From assembly GCF_030013595.1 (NCBI RefSeq), contig NZ_CP122768.1: 64,000 nt of DNA. One strand, given 5' to 3'. The translations under genes were made by a program, and so were the position numbers. The notes below the pieces were generated by a model. The model had not been told where the DNA came from. It did no database searches and saw nothing but the letters and a program-made list of their open reading frames with translations. This DNA comes from Escherichia coli (lineage in GTDB: Bacteria; Pseudomonadota; Gammaproteobacteria; Enterobacterales; Enterobacteriaceae). Shown here one piece after another: positions 32,507 to 45,509 of the stretch. Numbering within the stretch: the stretch's first letter is position 1; every line of letters begins with the position of its first letter.

Positions 32507-35038
32507 ATGACAATGCCTTTACGACGGTTCTCCCCAGGACTGAAAGCCCAGTTTGCCTTCGGCATGGTCTTTTTGTTCGTTCAGCCCGATGCCAGCGCTG
32601 CTGACATAAGTGCGCAGCAAATAGGTGGGGTGATTATTCCGCAGGCCTTCAGTCAGGCGCTTCAGGACGGCATGAGCGTCCCACTTTATATTCATCTCGC
32701 CGGTAGCCAGGGGCGCCAGGACGATCAGCGAATCGGCAGCGCTTTTATCTGGCTGGATGATGGACAGCTACGCATCCGGAAAATACAGCTGGAAGAGAGT
32801 GAAGATAACGCCAGTGTCAGCGAACAAACTCGACAGCAGCTGATGGCTCTGGCGAACGCCCCGTTCAATGAGGCCCTTACCATCCCCCTGACTGACAACG
32901 CGCAGCTGGATCTCAGCTTGCGCCAACTGCTGCTGCAGCTAGTGGTCAAGCGCGAAGCGCTGGGCACCGTACTACGCTCACGTAGCGAAGACATCGGGCA
33001 GTCCAGTGTTAACACCCTCAGCAGTAATCTGAGCTATAACTTCGGCGTCTATAACAACCAGTTGCGTAACGGCGGGAGCAACACATCCAGCTATCTGTCG
33101 CTGAATAACGTTACTGCACTGCGCGAACATCACGTGGTGCTCGACGGCTCGCTGTACGGGATCGGTAGCGGTCAACAGGACAGTGAATTATATAAAGCGA
33201 TGTATGAACGCGATTTTGCCGGTCACCGATTTGCCGGTGGAATGCTCGATACCTGGAACTTGCAGTCCTTAGGGCCGATGACCGCCATTTCAGCAGGGAA
33301 GATTTACGGCCTTTCCTGGGGAAACCAGGCCAGCTCCACCATCTTCGACAGCAGCCAGTCAGCCACGCCAGTGATCGCCTTTTTACCGGCGGCGGGCGAA
33401 GTACATCTCACCCGTGATGGGCGGCTACTAAGCGTTCAGAACTTCACCATGGGCAATCATGAAGTGGATACCCGGGGTCTACCGTACGGTATTTACGATG
33501 TGGAAGTTGAGGTAATCGTTAACGGTCGCGTGATCAGCAAACGCACTCAACGGGTCAATAAGCTGTTTAGCCGGGGGCGCGGCGTCGGTGCACCACTGGC
33601 GTGGCAGATATGGGGCGGTAGCTTTCATATGGATCGCTGGTCGGAAAACGGGAAAAAGACGCGACCAGCTAAAGAGAGTTGGCTGGCAGGTGCCTCGACC
33701 TCCGGCTCACTGAGTACGCTTAGCTGGGCGGCAACGGGATATGGATACGATAATCAGGCGGTGGGCGAAACCCGTCTGACGCTGCCGCTTGGGGGGGCGA
33801 TCAACGTTAACCTGCAAAATATGCTGGCCAGTGACAGCTCATGGAGCAACATCGCCAGCATCAGCGCCACTCTACCGGGAGGCTTTAGTTCGCTGTGGGT
33901 TAATCAGGAAAAAACCCGCATTGGCAATCAATTGCGACGTAGCGATGCCGACAACCGTGCAATCGGCGGCACACTCAACCTGAACTCACTGTGGTCGAAG
34001 CTGGGCACATTCAGCATCAGCTACAATGATGACCGCCGTTACAACAGCCATTATTACACGGCAGATTACTATCAAAATGTCTACAGCGGTCCCTTTGGTT
34101 CGCTTGGCCTGCGGGCCGGTATTCAGCGCTATAACAACGGCGACAGCAACGCCAATACAGGGAAATATATCGCTCTCGATCTCTCGCTACCACTGGGCAA
34201 CTGGTTTAGCGCAGGGATGACCCATCAAAACGGCTACACCATGGCAAACCTGTCAGCACGCAAACAGTTTGATGAAGGAACCATTCGCACTGTTGGTGCC
34301 AATCTGTCACGAGCCATCTCCGGCGATACCGGTGATGACAAAACCCTCAGCGGTGGGGCGTATGCACAGTTCGACGCTCGTTACGCCAGCGGAACGCTGA
34401 ACGTTAATAGCGCGGCGGACGGCTACATCAATACCAATTTGACCGCCAACGGCAGCGTCGGCTGGCAGGGTAAAAACATCGCTGCCAGCGGGCGGACCGA
34501 TGGCAACGCTGGGGTGATATTCGACACTGGCCTGGAGAACGATGGTCAGATCAGCGCCAAAATCAACGGGCGGATTTTCCCGCTTAACGGCAAGCGTAAC
34601 TATCTCCCGCTCTCTCCCTATGGAAGATATGAGGTGGAGTTGCAGAACAGCAAAAACTCACTCGACAGTTACGATATCGTCAGCGGTCGCAAAAGTCATC
34701 TGACTCTCTATCCAGGCAATGTCGCTGTCATTGAGCCAGAGGTGAAGCAGATGGTTACCGTCTCCGGTCGTATCCGTGCGGAAGACGGCACACTGCTGGC
34801 TAACGCACGGATTAACAACCATATCGGCCGAACCCGAACCGATGAAAACGGCGAGTTTGTCATGGACGTGGATAAGAAATACCCCACTATCGATTTTCGC
34901 TACAGTGGCAATAAAACCTGCGAAGTGGCACTGGAACTCAACCAGGCGCGCGGTGCCGTCTGGGTCGGTGATGTGGTCTGCAGCGGCCTCTCATCGTGGG
35001 CGGCGGTGACGCAGACAGGAGAAGAGAATGAGAGTTAA
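32507..35038 (+). CDS. ecpC: ECP outer-membrane usher EcpC (843 aa)
   Basis: Size and position in ecp operon. Confidence 0.85.
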   Translation: MTMPLRRFSPGLKAQFAFGMVFLFVQPDASAADISAQQIGGVIIPQAFSQALQDGMSVPLYIHLAGSQGRQDDQRIGSAFIWLDDGQLRIRKIQLEESEDNASVSEQTRQQLMALANAPFNEALTIPLTDNAQLDLSLRQLLLQLVVKREALGTVLRSRSEDIGQSSVNTLSSNLSYNFGVYNNQLRNGGSNTSSYLSLNNVTALREHHVVLDGSLYGIGSGQQDSELYKAMYERDFAGHRFAGGMLDTWNLQSLGPMTAISAGKIYGLSWGNQASSTIFDSSQSATPVIAFLPAAGEVHLTRDGRLLSVQNFTMGNHEVDTRGLPYGIYDVEVEVIVNGRVISKRTQRVNKLFSRGRGVGAPLAWQIWGGSFHMDRWSENGKKTRPAKESWLAGASTSGSLSTLSWAATGYGYDNQAVGETRLTLPLGGAINVNLQNMLASDSSWSNIASISATLPGGFSSLWVNQEKTRIGNQLRRSDADNRAIGGTLNLNSLWSKLGTFSISYNDDRRYNSHYYTADYYQNVYSGPFGSLGLRAGIQRYNNGDSNANTGKYIALDLSLPLGNWFSAGMTHQNGYTMANLSARKQFDEGTIRTVGANLSRAISGDTGDDKTLSGGAYAQFDARYASGTLNVNSAADGYINTNLTANGSVGWQGKNIAASGRTDGNAGVIFDTGLENDGQISAKINGRIFPLNGKRNYLPLSPYGRYEVELQNSKNSLDSYDIVSGRKSHLTLYPGNVAVIEPEVKQMVTVSGRIRAEDGTLLANARINNHIGRTRTDENGEFVMDVDKKYPTIDFRYSGNKTCEVALELNQARGAVWVGDVVCSGLSSWAAVTQTGEENES

Positions 35039-36671
35039 CCTACTGATAGCGATGATAATCTTTGCGCTAATCTGGCCTGCAACCGCGCTCAGAGCGGCAG
35101 TGAGCAAAACAACCTGGGCGGATGCTCCGGCACGCGAGTTTGTGTTTGTCGAAAACAACTCAGACGACAACTTTTTCGTCACGCCTGGCGGGGCGCTGGA
35201 TCCGCGCCTGACCGGTGCCAACCGCTGGACCGGTTTAAAATACACTGGCTCAGGAACCATCTATCAGCAAAGCCTCGGCTACATTGATAACGGTTACAAC
35301 ACCGGCCTTTATACCAACTGGAAGTTTGATATGTGGCTGGAAAATTCACCAGTTTCATCTCCTTTAACTGGCTTGCGCTGCATCAACTGGTACGCAGGGT
35401 GTAATATGACCACCAGTCTTATCCTGCCGCAAACCACCGACGCCAGTGGATTTTATGGCGCGACGGTGACCAGCGGCGGCGCGAAGTGGATGCACGGCAT
35501 GTTGTCAGACGCGTTTTACCAGTATCTGCAACAAATGCCCGTCGGCAGCAGCTTTACAATGACCATCAATGCCTGCCAGACCTCTGTGAACTATGACGCC
35601 AGTAGCGGCGCACGCTGTAAGGATCAGGCCTCCGGCAACTGGTATGTTCGCAACGTCACCCATACGAAAGCAGCAAATCTGCGGTTGATAAATACCCACT
35701 CGCTGGCGGAAGTATTTATCAACAGCGACGGAGTACCGACTCTGGGCGAAGGGAACGCCGACTGCCGGACGCAAACCATCGGCAGCCGTTCAGGATTAAG
35801 TTGTAAGATGGTTAACTATACCCTGCAAACAAACGGACTCAGCAACACCTCAATCCATATCTTCCCGGCGATCGCCAACTCGTCGTTAGCCTCGGCCGTC
35901 GGGGCGTACGATATGCAGTTCAGTCTGAATGGCAGTTCATGGAAACCGGTGAGCAATACTGCCTATTACTACACCTTCAACGAGATGAAGAGCGCAGACT
36001 CGATCTATGTTTTCTTCTCGAGCAACTTCTTTAAGCAGATGGTGAACCTCGGGATCAGCGATATCAACACCAAAGATCTATTCAACTTTCGCTTTCAGAA
36101 CACCACATCACCGGAGTCTGGCTGGTATGAATTTTCTACCTCCAACACGCTGATTATCAAACCCCGTGATTTCAGCATCAGTATTATCTCCGATGAATAT
36201 ACTCAGACACCGTCGCGGGAGGGATATGTTGGCAGCGGCGAGTCGGCACTCGATTTCGGCTATATCGTAACCACCAGCGGTAAAACAGCTGCCGACGAAG
36301 TGCTGATCAAGGTGACCGGACCCGCGCAGGTGATTGGCGGGCGCTCCTATTGTGTCTTCAGCTCCGATGACGGTAAGGCGAAAGTACCGTTCCCGGCGAC
36401 ACTTTCCTTTATTACCCGCAACGGAGCTACAAAAACCTACGATGCCGGGTGCGATGATAGCTGGCGGGATATGACCGATGCGCTGTGGTTGACCACACCG
36501 TGGACTGATATCTCTGGCGAAGTGGGGCAGATGGATAAGACCACAGTCAAATTTTCGATTCCAATGGATAACGCCATTTCGCTGCGTACGGTAGATGATA
36601 ACGGCTGGTTTGGCGAAGTCAGCGCTTCAGGAGAAATTCATGTTCAGGCGACGTGGCGTAACATTAACTAA
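35028..36671 (+). CDS. ecpD: ECP tip adhesin EcpD (547 aa)
   Basis: Operon position; overlaps ecpC stop. Confidence 0.85.
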   Translation: MRVNLLIAMIIFALIWPATALRAAVSKTTWADAPAREFVFVENNSDDNFFVTPGGALDPRLTGANRWTGLKYTGSGTIYQQSLGYIDNGYNTGLYTNWKFDMWLENSPVSSPLTGLRCINWYAGCNMTTSLILPQTTDASGFYGATVTSGGAKWMHGMLSDAFYQYLQQMPVGSSFTMTINACQTSVNYDASSGARCKDQASGNWYVRNVTHTKAANLRLINTHSLAEVFINSDGVPTLGEGNADCRTQTIGSRSGLSCKMVNYTLQTNGLSNTSIHIFPAIANSSLASAVGAYDMQFSLNGSSWKPVSNTAYYYTFNEMKSADSIYVFFSSNFFKQMVNLGISDINTKDLFNFRFQNTTSPESGWYEFSTSNTLIIKPRDFSISIISDEYTQTPSREGYVGSGESALDFGYIVTTSGKTAADEVLIKVTGPAQVIGGRSYCVFSSDDGKAKVPFPATLSFITRNGATKTYDAGCDDSWRDMTDALWLTTPWTDISGEVGQMDKTTVKFSIPMDNAISLRTVDDNGWFGEVSASGEIHVQATWRNIN

Positions 36672-37350
36672 GGCCCTGCTGACAGCGGTCTGTATGCTGG
36701 CGGCACCTTTGACACAGGCGATTTCGGTCGGCAATCTGACATTTTCGCTGCCGTCCGAGACTGACTTTGTCAGCAAACGTGTAGTGAATAACAACAAAAG
36801 CGCACGGATATACCGTATTGCCATCAGTGCTATCGATAGCCCGGGCAGCAGTGAATTGCGCACCCGACCGGTGGATGGTGAACTGCTTTTCGCCCCCCGC
36901 CAGCTGGCGTTGCAGGCTGGTGAGAGCGAGTATTTTAAATTTTACTATCATGGTCCACGGGATAACCGCGAGCGCTACTACCGGGTCTCATTTCGCGAGG
37001 TCCCCACTCGCAACCAGACAAGACGCAGCCCAACCGGCGGCGAGGTCAGCACGGAGCCGGTGGTGGTGATGGATACCATTCTGGTAGTACGACCTCGTCA
37101 GGTTCAGTTTAAATGGTCCTTCGACAAGGTGACAGGAACGGTAAGTAACACTGGCAACACGTGGTTTAAGCTACTGATTAAGCCAGGATGTGATTCGACC
37201 GAAGAGGAAGGCGATGCCTGGTATCTACGTCCGGGAGACGTAGTTCATCAGCCTGAGTTACGTCAGCCGGGGAATCATTATCTGGTCTATAACGACAAAT
37301 TCATTAAGATTAGCGATTCCTGTCCTGCTAAGCCCCCTTCGGCGGACTAA
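36640..37350 (+). CDS. ecpE: ECP chaperone EcpE (236 aa; ORF track starts at 36595)
   Basis: Homologous to EcpB (shared PLKIGIF..RYYRV-like pattern); signal peptide after [14 protein letters not shown]. Confidence 0.8.
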   Translation: MFRRRGVTLTKALLTAVCMLAAPLTQAISVGNLTFSLPSETDFVSKRVVNNNKSARIYRIAISAIDSPGSSELRTRPVDGELLFAPRQLALQAGESEYFKFYYHGPRDNRERYYRVSFREVPTRNQTRRSPTGGEVSTEPVVVMDTILVVRPRQVQFKWSFDKVTGTVSNTGNTWFKLLIKPGCDSTEEEGDAWYLRPGDVVHQPELRQPGNHYLVYNDKFIKISDSCPAKPPSAD

Positions 37351-37663
37351 GACTTATCCATCGGACGAGGGAAGAACTCCACCTCAGAGACTCAAATAAT
37401 CGTTTAAATGATGTGGAAGCGATCGTCAATGTCACCTGTAATGATGGGCTTTCTCATATGTACACCATAGTGTTCAGGAGACACGGAAAGGTACCAGGCA
37501 GCCTGCTAACGAGTGGTTTATTCACGAATTAGTACGTAAAATCGGTAACGGCTGGAAATCATTCAATACTCACACTATCGAAAGTACACCAGCCAACCGC
37601 GGTACGTTCTTACATACGATGTACCGCTGTTCTCTTTACGATTTATAGCTGTACTGGTGAATT

Positions 37664-37993
37664 ATGAGCAATCTGAATCCATGCATGACGTGTGGTGCCT
37701 GTTGTGCATTTTTCCGCGTCTCTTTTTACTGGGCCGAAGCCGACGATGCTGGCGGTACCATTCCCGCCAGGCTCACTGAACAAATATCCCCTTTTCACCG
37801 ATGCATGAGCGGTACCAATCAGAAAAACCCCCGATGTATTGCCCTTGCAGGAACACCGGGCAAAAATGCCTGCTGCACGATATATAAAAATCGATCGTCC
37901 ACGTGCAGAGAATTCGCCATGTCTGGTGAGAACGGAGTCGTCAATGAGGCTTGCAATCGTGCAAGAGCTAAATACGGGCTGACACCGTTATAA
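37664..37993 (+). CDS. ykgJ: YkgJ-family putative zinc/iron-chelating protein (109 aa)
   Basis: Cys-rich N-terminus [11 protein letters not shown]. Confidence 0.8.
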
Positions 37994-38025
37994 ATATGCA
38001 ATAATTAATTGCACTGCCCCGCCAG

Positions 38026-38059
38026 CTATAATCGCGGGGCTTCGTTTTTCAGGGATAAC
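38026..38059 (+). terminator. Terminator after ykgJ (GCCCCGC ... GCGGGGC + T-run)
   Basis: Stem-loop with TTCGTTTTT. Confidence 0.55.
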
Positions 38060-38241
38060 AAAACCCGAAACTTCTTCCATCTGCCAGCAACAATGCCTCT
38101 TCCTCTATAGTGTTCTCCGGATCTACAGCATCCTGAAGTAGCGCGATGTACTCATTGGCTATCTGCATCAGAAAGTTAAAAACAATGTTTTTAACCTATA
38201 AAAATGGCGCTTTATTTGCGCCATTTTTATCATTCAATGCA

Positions 38242-38856
38242 TTATCTGTTTGAGCCTAAAGGGATCTCAGGGTCTGGCTCATGAGTAATTCTGTTTCGTA
38301 AATCTCTGCGAATAATTTCAATGGACCAGAACCAGACTAAATGTCCAAAAATTTCAGAAACATTCTCATACCAAGGGAGATCAAACAGAGGTGGCGTCAG
38401 TCCCATGAGAGGGAATGAAATCATATGAACAAAAAGTTGGGCTAAAGCACCTGCCAGTAAGCCCTGCCAGAGTTTAATTTTTGGAAATACTTCAGCGACC
38501 ACACAATAACCGACAGCAAACACTATCGAAAAGATAATGTGCGTAACACCAACCCAGTTAAAGACATGCCCGGCAAAGGTATAAACAGCCGCATTGGGAT
38601 CTGTCAGCCCCAACCAGTCTCGAAGAAAAATATACGGAGGATTGAGAAAATTACGGGAGCAATCAATTTGCCCAGCAGCCCTGATTAATGATTCCGGGCC
38701 ACACGCTGCATTAAACATATCCACCGGGCTACGTGGCGGCAATGGAACTTCAGCCCCCCACTTCACAAATGCGGAAACAACGCCAGCAATCAGCCCAATG
38801 AATGCAGCAAGACCATAACGTCTGCGGTTCGGTGGAGTTTGTTCAAATATATTCAT
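38242..38856 (-). CDS. yagU: DUF1440 inner membrane protein YagU (204 aa)
   Basis: Sequence and length match remembered YagU. Confidence 0.8.
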
Positions 38857-39261
38857 ATCTACCCTGCTTGTACCATTATGTTATACACCTCTTCAGGAGT
38901 ATTCATAAAACAAGACAAATGTAAAGAACCGTATTGTTTTGTATAATGCAATGGTGCCTAATCGCCAATTAATATAAGCACCATCATTTCTCCCTATTTT
39001 TATATTAGAAGTGACAACGATTTGCAGGGTAATGCAGAGCTGACAATCACAGGTTTCCTTATCGGTTTTTGCATCGCACAACTAAAGCAATAAACTAGCT
39101 CCCGTCATCGGCGAATATGAATTAATTAGCCGGGCTCATAGCTGCATTCGCGTTTTAAGAATAATCCTCCTGCTCTCACCGACTATGCTTAACGTTTAAA
39201 AAAGCATCAGCACTCTCGCAACGCACTCTTATTTTCCCCTTTAGAATACCGGAGGCCTGGT

Positions 39262-39951
39262 ATGAGCAACCAAGGCGAATACCCCGAAGATAATCGGGTT
39301 GGGAAGCACGAGCCGCACGATTTTAGTTTGACCCGTCGCGATCTGATTAAAGTCAGCGCCGCAACGGCGGCGACCGCCGTGGTTTATCCTCATTCTACGC
39401 TTGCAGCAAGCGTTCCGGCAGCTACACCCGCGCCAGAGATAATGCCCCTGACACTTAAGGTGAGCGGCAAAACCGAGCAGCTTGAGGTGGATACCCGAAC
39501 CACGCTACTGGACGCTTTGCGTGAAAATCTGCATCTGATCGGTACCAAGAAAGGTTGCGATCACGGGCAGTGCGGAGCCTGTACCGTGCTGGTCAATGGT
39601 CGCAGGCTTAATGCCTGCCTGACGCTTGCAGTCATGCATCAGGGGGCCGAGATCACCACCATTGAAGGCCTGGGTTCACCAGATAATCTTCACCCCATGC
39701 AGGCGGCCTTTATCAAGCATGATGGCTTCCAGTGCGGCTACTGCACCTCCGGGCAAATTTGCTCATCAGTAGCGGTGCTAAAAGAGATTCAGGACGGCAT
39801 TCCCAGTCACGTCACGGTCGATTTGGTTTCCGCTCCAGAAACAACTGCCGATGAGATCCGTGAACGTATGAGCGGCAACATCTGTCGCTGTGGTGCATAC
39901 GCTAACATCCTTGCCGCCATTGAAGATGCTGCGGGGGAGATAAAATCATGA
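39262..39951 (+). CDS. paoA: Aldehyde oxidoreductase 2Fe-2S subunit PaoA (Tat signal)
   Basis: Tat motif RRDLIKV; two 2Fe-2S Cys clusters ([11 protein letters not shown]; [10 protein letters not shown]). Confidence 0.85.
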   Translation: MSNQGEYPEDNRVGKHEPHDFSLTRRDLIKVSAATAATAVVYPHSTLAASVPAATPAPEIMPLTLKVSGKTEQLEVDTRTTLLDALRENLHLIGTKKGCDHGQCGACTVLVNGRRLNACLTLAVMHQGAEITTIEGLGSPDNLHPMQAAFIKHDGFQCGYCTSGQICSSVAVLKEIQDGIPSHVTVDLVSAPETTADEIRERMSGNICRCGAYANILAAIEDAAGEIKS

Positions 39952-40904
39952 AGGCGTTTACCTATGAACGAGTGAACACCCCGGCCGAGGCGGCACTTAG
40001 CGCTCAGCGCGTACCCGGCGCAAAATTTATCGCTGGCGGGACCAATCTGCTGGACCTGATGAAGCTGGAAATTGAAACGCCAACCCACCTTATCGATGTG
40101 AACGGGCTCGGGCTCGATAAGATTGAAGTGACCGACGCGGGTGGGCTGCGCATCGGCGCACTGGTACGGAACACCGACCTGGCAGCTCACGAGCGCGTGC
40201 GTCGTGATTATGCGGTACTCTCCCGCGCCCTGCTCGCTGGCGCGTCTGGTCAGTTACGCAATCAGGCAACCACCGCAGGTAATCTGCTCCAGCGCACGCG
40301 CTGCCCCTATTTTTACGACACCAATCAGCCCTGCAATAAGCGCCTGCCCGGAAGCGGCTGCGCGGCACTTGAAGGCTTTAGCCGTCAGCACGCGGTGGTA
40401 GGCGTAAGCGAAGCCTGCATTGCCACCCATCCGAGCGATATGGCGGTCGCAATGCGGTTGCTGGATGCGGTGGTGGAAACCATCACGCCGGAGGGAAAGA
40501 CTCGCAGTATCACACTGGCTGATTTTTATCACCCTCCGGGAAAAACGCCGCACATTGAAACCGCCCTGCTTCCCGGTGAGCTTATCGTTGCGGTGACGTT
40601 ACCTCCGCCGCTCGGCGGAAAACATATCTACCGCAAGGTGCGCGATCGCGCCTCCTACGCCTTTGCCCTTGTATCGGTCGCGGCGATTATTAAGCCTGAC
40701 GGCAGCGGGCGCGTCGCGCTGGGCGGAGTAGCACATAAGCCCTGGCGCATTGAGGCTGCGGATGCTCAGCTATCCCAGGGGGCGCAGGCCGTGTATGACG
40801 CGCTGTTCGCCAGCGCCCATCCCACCGCTGAAAATACCTTTAAACTCCTGTTGGCGAAGCGAACGCTTGCCTCCGTACTGGCTGAAGCGAGGGCACTGGC
40901 ATGA
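39948..40904 (+). CDS. paoB: Aldehyde oxidoreductase FAD-binding subunit PaoB
   Basis: FAD-binding CO-dehydrogenase-like medium subunit pattern; operon position. Confidence 0.85.
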   Translation: MKAFTYERVNTPAEAALSAQRVPGAKFIAGGTNLLDLMKLEIETPTHLIDVNGLGLDKIEVTDAGGLRIGALVRNTDLAAHERVRRDYAVLSRALLAGASGQLRNQATTAGNLLQRTRCPYFYDTNQPCNKRLPGSGCAALEGFSRQHAVVGVSEACIATHPSDMAVAMRLLDAVVETITPEGKTRSITLADFYHPPGKTPHIETALLPGELIVAVTLPPPLGGKHIYRKVRDRASYAFALVSVAAIIKPDGSGRVALGGVAHKPWRIEAADAQLSQGAQAVYDALFASAHPTAENTFKLLLAKRTLASVLAEARALA

Positions 40905-43099
40905 AATTTGATAAACCCGCAGGGGAAAACCCGATCGATCAGCTGAAGGTTGTCGGTCGTCCCCATGACCGCATCGACGGACCGCTGAAAACTACCGGCA
41001 CGGCACGCTACGCCTACGAATGGTATGAAGAAGCTCCCAACGCCGCCTATGGTTATATCGTCGGTTCCGCCATTGCCAAAGGATGCCTCACCGCCCTCGA
41101 TACGGACGCCGCGCAAAAAGCGCCGGGCGTACTGGCTGTCATTACCGCCAGTAACGCCGGGGCACTCGGCAAAGGCGACAAAAACACCGCCAGGCTGTTA
41201 GGCGGCCCGACTATTGAGCACTATCATCAGGCCATTGCGCTGGTAGTGGCCGAGACCTTCGAACAGGCGCGAGCGGCGGCCTCGCTGGTGCAGGCGCACT
41301 ATCGCCGTAATAAAGGAGCTTACTCCCTGGCGGACGAGAAACAGGCCGTCAGTCAGCCGCCGGAAGACACGCCCGATAAAAATGTTGGTGACTTTGACGG
41401 GGCTTTCACCTCCGCTGCGGTGAAGATTGATGCTACCTACACGACCCCGGACCAGAGCCATATGGCGATGGAGCCGCATGCCTCGATGGCCGTCTGGGAT
41501 GGGAATAAGCTTACCCTCTGGACCTCAAATCAGATGATTGACTGGTGCCGCACCGATCTGGCAAAAACGCTGAAAGTGCCCGTGGAGAATGTGCGTATTA
41601 TCTCCCCGTATATCGGTGGAGGGTTTGGCGGCAAGCTGTTCCTGAGAAGCGATGCGCTGCTGGCGGCCCTCGCCGCCCGTGCGGTGAAACGTCCGGTTAA
41701 AGTGATGCTCCCCCGCCCCACTATTCCCAATAACACAACGCACCGCCCCGCCACCCTTCAGCACCTGCGTATCGGTGCCGACCAGAGCGGGAAAATCACT
41801 GCTATCTCACATGAAAGCTGGTCCGGAAACCTGCCCGGCGGCACGCCGGAAACGGCGGTACAGCAAAGCGAATTTCTTTACGCAGGGGCGAATCGTCATA
41901 CCGGCCTGCGGCTCGCCACGCTTGATTTGCCGGAAGGGAACGCCATGCGTGCGCCCGGCGAAGCCCCCGGTCTGATGGCGCTCGAAATCGCGATCGATGA
42001 ACTGGCGGAAAAAGCAGGCATCGATCCCGTCGAGTTTCGCATCCTGAATGACACTCAGGTTGACCCCGCCGACCCGACGCGCCGCTTCTCTCGCCGTCAG
42101 CTTATTGAGTGCTTGCGCACCGGAGCGGATAAATTTGGCTGGAAGCAGCGCAACGCCACACCCGGACAGGTACGCGACGGGGAGTGGCTAGTCGGCCACG
42201 GTGTTGCGGCGGGCTTTCGCAATAATCTGCTGGAAAAATCGGGTGCTCGGGTTCACCTAGAACAAAACGGCACCGTTACCGTGGAAACGGACATGACCGA
42301 TATTGGCACCGGCAGCTACACAATTCTGGCTCAGACGGCAGCGGAAATGCTTGGCGTACCGCTGGAGCAGGTTGCGGTTCACCTCGGCGATTCCAGTTTC
42401 CCGGTTTCTGCGGGTTCTGGTGGACAATGGGGCGCGAATACCTCCACCTCCGGCGTTTACGCCGCCTGTGTGAAACTTCGCGAAATGATTGCCTCGGCAG
42501 TCGGGTTTGATCCTGGGCAGTCGCAGTTTGCCGACGGCAAGATTACCAACGGTACCCGAAGCGCCACGCTACATGAGGCCACCGCAGGCGGCAGGCTGAC
42601 AGCGGAAGAGAGCATTGAATTCGGAACACTGAGCAAGGAGTACCAGCAATCGACCTTTGCCGGGCATTTTGTGGAGGTCGGCGTGCATAGCGCGACGGGA
42701 GAAGTTCGGGTCCGGCGTATGCTCGCTGTGTGTGCTGCAGGACGCATCCTGAATCCGAAAACCGCACGCAGCCAGGTCATTGGCGCAATGACTATGGGCA
42801 TGGGCGCGGCACTGATGGAGGAGCTGGCGGTGGATGACCGTTTGGGCTACTTCGTTAATCACGATATGGCGGGGTATGAGGTGCCGGTTCATGCGGATAT
42901 CCCAAAACAGGAGGTGATTTTCCTGGATGATACCGACCCCATATCCTCCCCGATGAAGGCCAAAGGTGTCGGTGAGCTGGGCCTGTGCGGCGTGAGCGCG
43001 GCTATCGCCAACGCGGTGTATAACGCCACCGGTATTCGGGTACGGGATTATCCCATCACTCTGGATAAGCTGCTCGATAAGCTGCCGGATGTGGTTTAA
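40901..43099 (+). CDS. paoC: Aldehyde oxidoreductase molybdopterin subunit PaoC (732 aa)
   Basis: Xanthine dehydrogenase-family large subunit; operon position. Confidence 0.85.
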   Translation: MKFDKPAGENPIDQLKVVGRPHDRIDGPLKTTGTARYAYEWYEEAPNAAYGYIVGSAIAKGCLTALDTDAAQKAPGVLAVITASNAGALGKGDKNTARLLGGPTIEHYHQAIALVVAETFEQARAAASLVQAHYRRNKGAYSLADEKQAVSQPPEDTPDKNVGDFDGAFTSAAVKIDATYTTPDQSHMAMEPHASMAVWDGNKLTLWTSNQMIDWCRTDLAKTLKVPVENVRIISPYIGGGFGGKLFLRSDALLAALAARAVKRPVKVMLPRPTIPNNTTHRPATLQHLRIGADQSGKITAISHESWSGNLPGGTPETAVQQSEFLYAGANRHTGLRLATLDLPEGNAMRAPGEAPGLMALEIAIDELAEKAGIDPVEFRILNDTQVDPADPTRRFSRRQLIECLRTGADKFGWKQRNATPGQVRDGEWLVGHGVAAGFRNNLLEKSGARVHLEQNGTVTVETDMTDIGTGSYTILAQTAAEMLGVPLEQVAVHLGDSSFPVSAGSGGQWGANTSTSGVYAACVKLREMIASAVGFDPGQSQFADGKITNGTRSATLHEATAGGRLTAEESIEFGTLSKEYQQSTFAGHFVEVGVHSATGEVRVRRMLAVCAAGRILNPKTARSQVIGAMTMGMGAALMEELAVDDRLGYFVNHDMAGYEVPVHADIPKQEVIFLDDTDPISSPMKAKGVGELGLCGVSAAIANAVYNATGIRVRDYPITLDKLLDKLPDVV

Positions 43100-43108
43100 G
43101 GAGGAACA

Positions 43109-44062
43109 ATGTCATACCCACTTTTTGACAAAGACGAGCACTGGCATAAGCCAGAGCAGGCGTTTCTCACCGATGACCACCGGACCATTCTGCGCTTCGC
43201 CGTAGAGGCGCTAATGTCCGGTAAAGGAGCGGTGCTGGTGACGCTGGTGGAAATACGCGGCGGCGCGGCGCGCCCGCTCGGGGCTCAGATGGTGGTGCGC
43301 GAAGATGGTCGTTACTGCGGTTTTGTCTCTGGCGGCTGCGTGGAGGCCGCTGCCGCTTTTGAAGCGCTGGAGATGATGGGCTCAGGCCGCGATCGCGAAA
43401 TTCGCTATGGCGAAGGTTCGCCGTGGTTTGACATCGTTCTGCCCTGCGGCGGTGGGATCACGCTGACGCTCCATAAACTACGCTCGGCACAGCCTCTGCT
43501 CGCCGTGCTGAACCGCCTGGAACAGAGAAAACCGGCGGGTCTGCGCTACGATCCGCAAGCACAATCGCTGGTGTGCCTGCCCACGCAAACCCGGACAGGC
43601 TGGAATCTCAATGGCTTTGAGGTGGGGTTCAGGCCATGCGTCAGGCTGATGATTTACGGACGTTCTCTTGAGGCGCAGGCAACCGCGAGTCTTGCAGCAG
43701 CCACAGGCTATGACAGCCATATCTTCGATCTTTTTCCGGCCTCAGCCAGCGCTCAGATCGATACCGATACGGCGGTCATTTTGCTGTGCCATGATCTCAA
43801 CCGGGAGCTGCCAGTGTTGCAGGCCGCGCGAGAAGCAAAACCCTTTTATCTCGGCGCATTGGGCAGCTATCGAACCCACACTTTACGTCTGCAAAAGCTC
43901 CACGAGCTGGGATGGTCCAGGGAGGAGACAGCGCAAATCCGGGCACCCGTCGGGATATTCCCCAAAGCCCGGGATGCGCATACTCTGGCACTCTCCGTGC
44001 TGGCAGAAGTCGCCGCTGTACGTCTCCGTCAGGAGGATTCATGCCTGCCCCCATCGTCCTGA
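43109..44062 (+). CDS. paoD: XdhC-like molybdenum cofactor insertion chaperone PaoD
   Basis: XdhC/CoxI family pattern; operon position. Confidence 0.8.
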   Translation: MSYPLFDKDEHWHKPEQAFLTDDHRTILRFAVEALMSGKGAVLVTLVEIRGGAARPLGAQMVVREDGRYCGFVSGGCVEAAAAFEALEMMGSGRDREIRYGEGSPWFDIVLPCGGGITLTLHKLRSAQPLLAVLNRLEQRKPAGLRYDPQAQSLVCLPTQTRTGWNLNGFEVGFRPCVRLMIYGRSLEAQATASLAAATGYDSHIFDLFPASASAQIDTDTAVILLCHDLNRELPVLQAAREAKPFYLGALGSYRTHTLRLQKLHELGWSREETAQIRAPVGIFPKARDAHTLALSVLAEVAAVRLRQEDSCLPPSS

Positions 44063-44148
44063 TCCTCGCGGCGGGGCGTGGGGAGCGCTTCCTCACCTCC
44101 GGGGGAAATACCCATAAATTAAGAGAAAAATCTGCAGTAGCCGTTTAA
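44041..44148 (+). pseudogene. Truncated MobA/MocA-like nucleotidyltransferase start (35 codons, MPAPIVLILAAGRGERF...), overlapping paoD stop
   Basis: GGAGGA RBS and classic LAAGxGxRF N-terminal motif, then premature stop. Confidence 0.4.
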
Positions 44149-44173
44149 GAAAATCACCTAAATCGTTTAAAAG

Positions 44174-44197
44174 AGCGCCCAACCCATAGTGGGCGCT
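44174..44197. terminator. Bidirectional terminator hairpin AGCGCCCA / TGGGCGCT
   Basis: 8-bp stem between convergent genes. Confidence 0.45.
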
Positions 44198-44240
44198 TAT
44201 CGCCTTGTGTAACTTATTCAGCAACGCGCGCCTCGCCGGA

Positions 44241-45434
44241 CTAAAGCGCACCGGCCTTCTGGCGTGCGGTAACAAAGGTCAGTACGCCAGCGCAAAGGAG
44301 CAGCACGCTACTCATAGCAAACGTGCTCTGCCAGCCAAGGCGGTCAAACACAATGCCTCCTGCCGTTGATCCAAGGGCGATGGCGAGCTGAATCACCGCG
44401 ACCATGAGCCCGCCTCCGGCTTCGGCGTTGTCAGGCAACGTACGCGCAATCCATGTCCACCATCCGGTTGGCGCGGCGGTGGCCAGCATGCCCCAGAGTC
44501 CTAACAGCAGCGAGACCGTCCAGACGTGATGCCCGGTAAGCATCAGACCGATGGCAATGACGGCCATCAGTCCGGGTATGGCCATCAGCGTGGGGTAGAA
44601 TTTTCTGTTGAGAAATGCCGAAACAACCAGCGTGCCAATAAAACCGGCCACGCCGATAATCAGCAAAATCGACGACAAGCCTAAGGAATTAACCCGTGTC
44701 ACCGACTCCAGAAACGGGCGCACATAGGTGAATAGCGCAAACTGCCCCATGAAAAACAGGCCACAAGCTATCATGCCGACCACAACCATGCGGCGGCTAA
44801 ATAAGCGGAATACCGCGCCACATGAAGTGTGGCTTTTATTCGCATCCATGCTTGGCAGGCTGATGCACTGCCAGATAAAGGCGACAACCGCGATGGGCAC
44901 CAGGCACAAGAAAGCGCCTCGCCATCCGACCGTAGCCCCCAGATAGCTTCCCAGCGGTGCGGCCACGACCGTCGCCAGCGCATTACCGGCGTTGAAAATT
45001 GCCAGCGCACGCGTGACCTGATGCTGCGGCACCAGACGAATCGCCGTTGCCGCTGACATCGACCAGAATCCGCCAATAGCCACACCAATCATCGCACGAC
45101 CGACCATATACATCAGATAACTGGAAGCCAGCGCAATAATAAGCCCCGATACGGCCATCAGAACCGTCATCCCCAGCAGCAGGAACTTACGATTCATCTT
45201 TCCAGCTAGCGTTGAAAGCGTCAGGCTGGTCAGAACCGCCAGCGCGCCGGAGATAGCAATCCCCTGCCCTGCCAGCCCCTCCGTCACGCCTAAATCGCGG
45301 GTAATCGGCGTGAGCAGGCTGACGGGCATAAATTCAGAAGCAATCAGCACAAACACGCACAGGGTCATGGCAAAAATACCGCCCCAGTATGCGCGCTGAT
45401 GATGAGGTGATAGTGTTTGGCTTAGTGTCGACAT
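44241..45434 (-). CDS. MFS transporter (397 aa)
   Basis: About 12 hydrophobic segments, MFS-like motifs. Confidence 0.8.
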   Translation of the reverse strand: MSTLSQTLSPHHQRAYWGGIFAMTLCVFVLIASEFMPVSLLTPITRDLGVTEGLAGQGIAISGALAVLTSLTLSTLAGKMNRKFLLLGMTVLMAVSGLIIALASSYLMYMVGRAMIGVAIGGFWSMSAATAIRLVPQHQVTRALAIFNAGNALATVVAAPLGSYLGATVGWRGAFLCLVPIAVVAFIWQCISLPSMDANKSHTSCGAVFRLFSRRMVVVGMIACGLFFMGQFALFTYVRPFLESVTRVNSLGLSSILLIIGVAGFIGTLVVSAFLNRKFYPTLMAIPGLMAVIAIGLMLTGHHVWTVSLLLGLWGMLATAAPTGWWTWIARTLPDNAEAGGGLMVAVIQLAIALGSTAGGIVFDRLGWQSTFAMSSVLLLCAGVLTFVTARQKAGAL

Positions 45435-45509
45435 AGTGAAATTTCACAAAGATCAGGATAAAAGCCACCAGCCTATGGCCGATGGCTTTGCATCAATTCA
45501 GGAGAGGTT

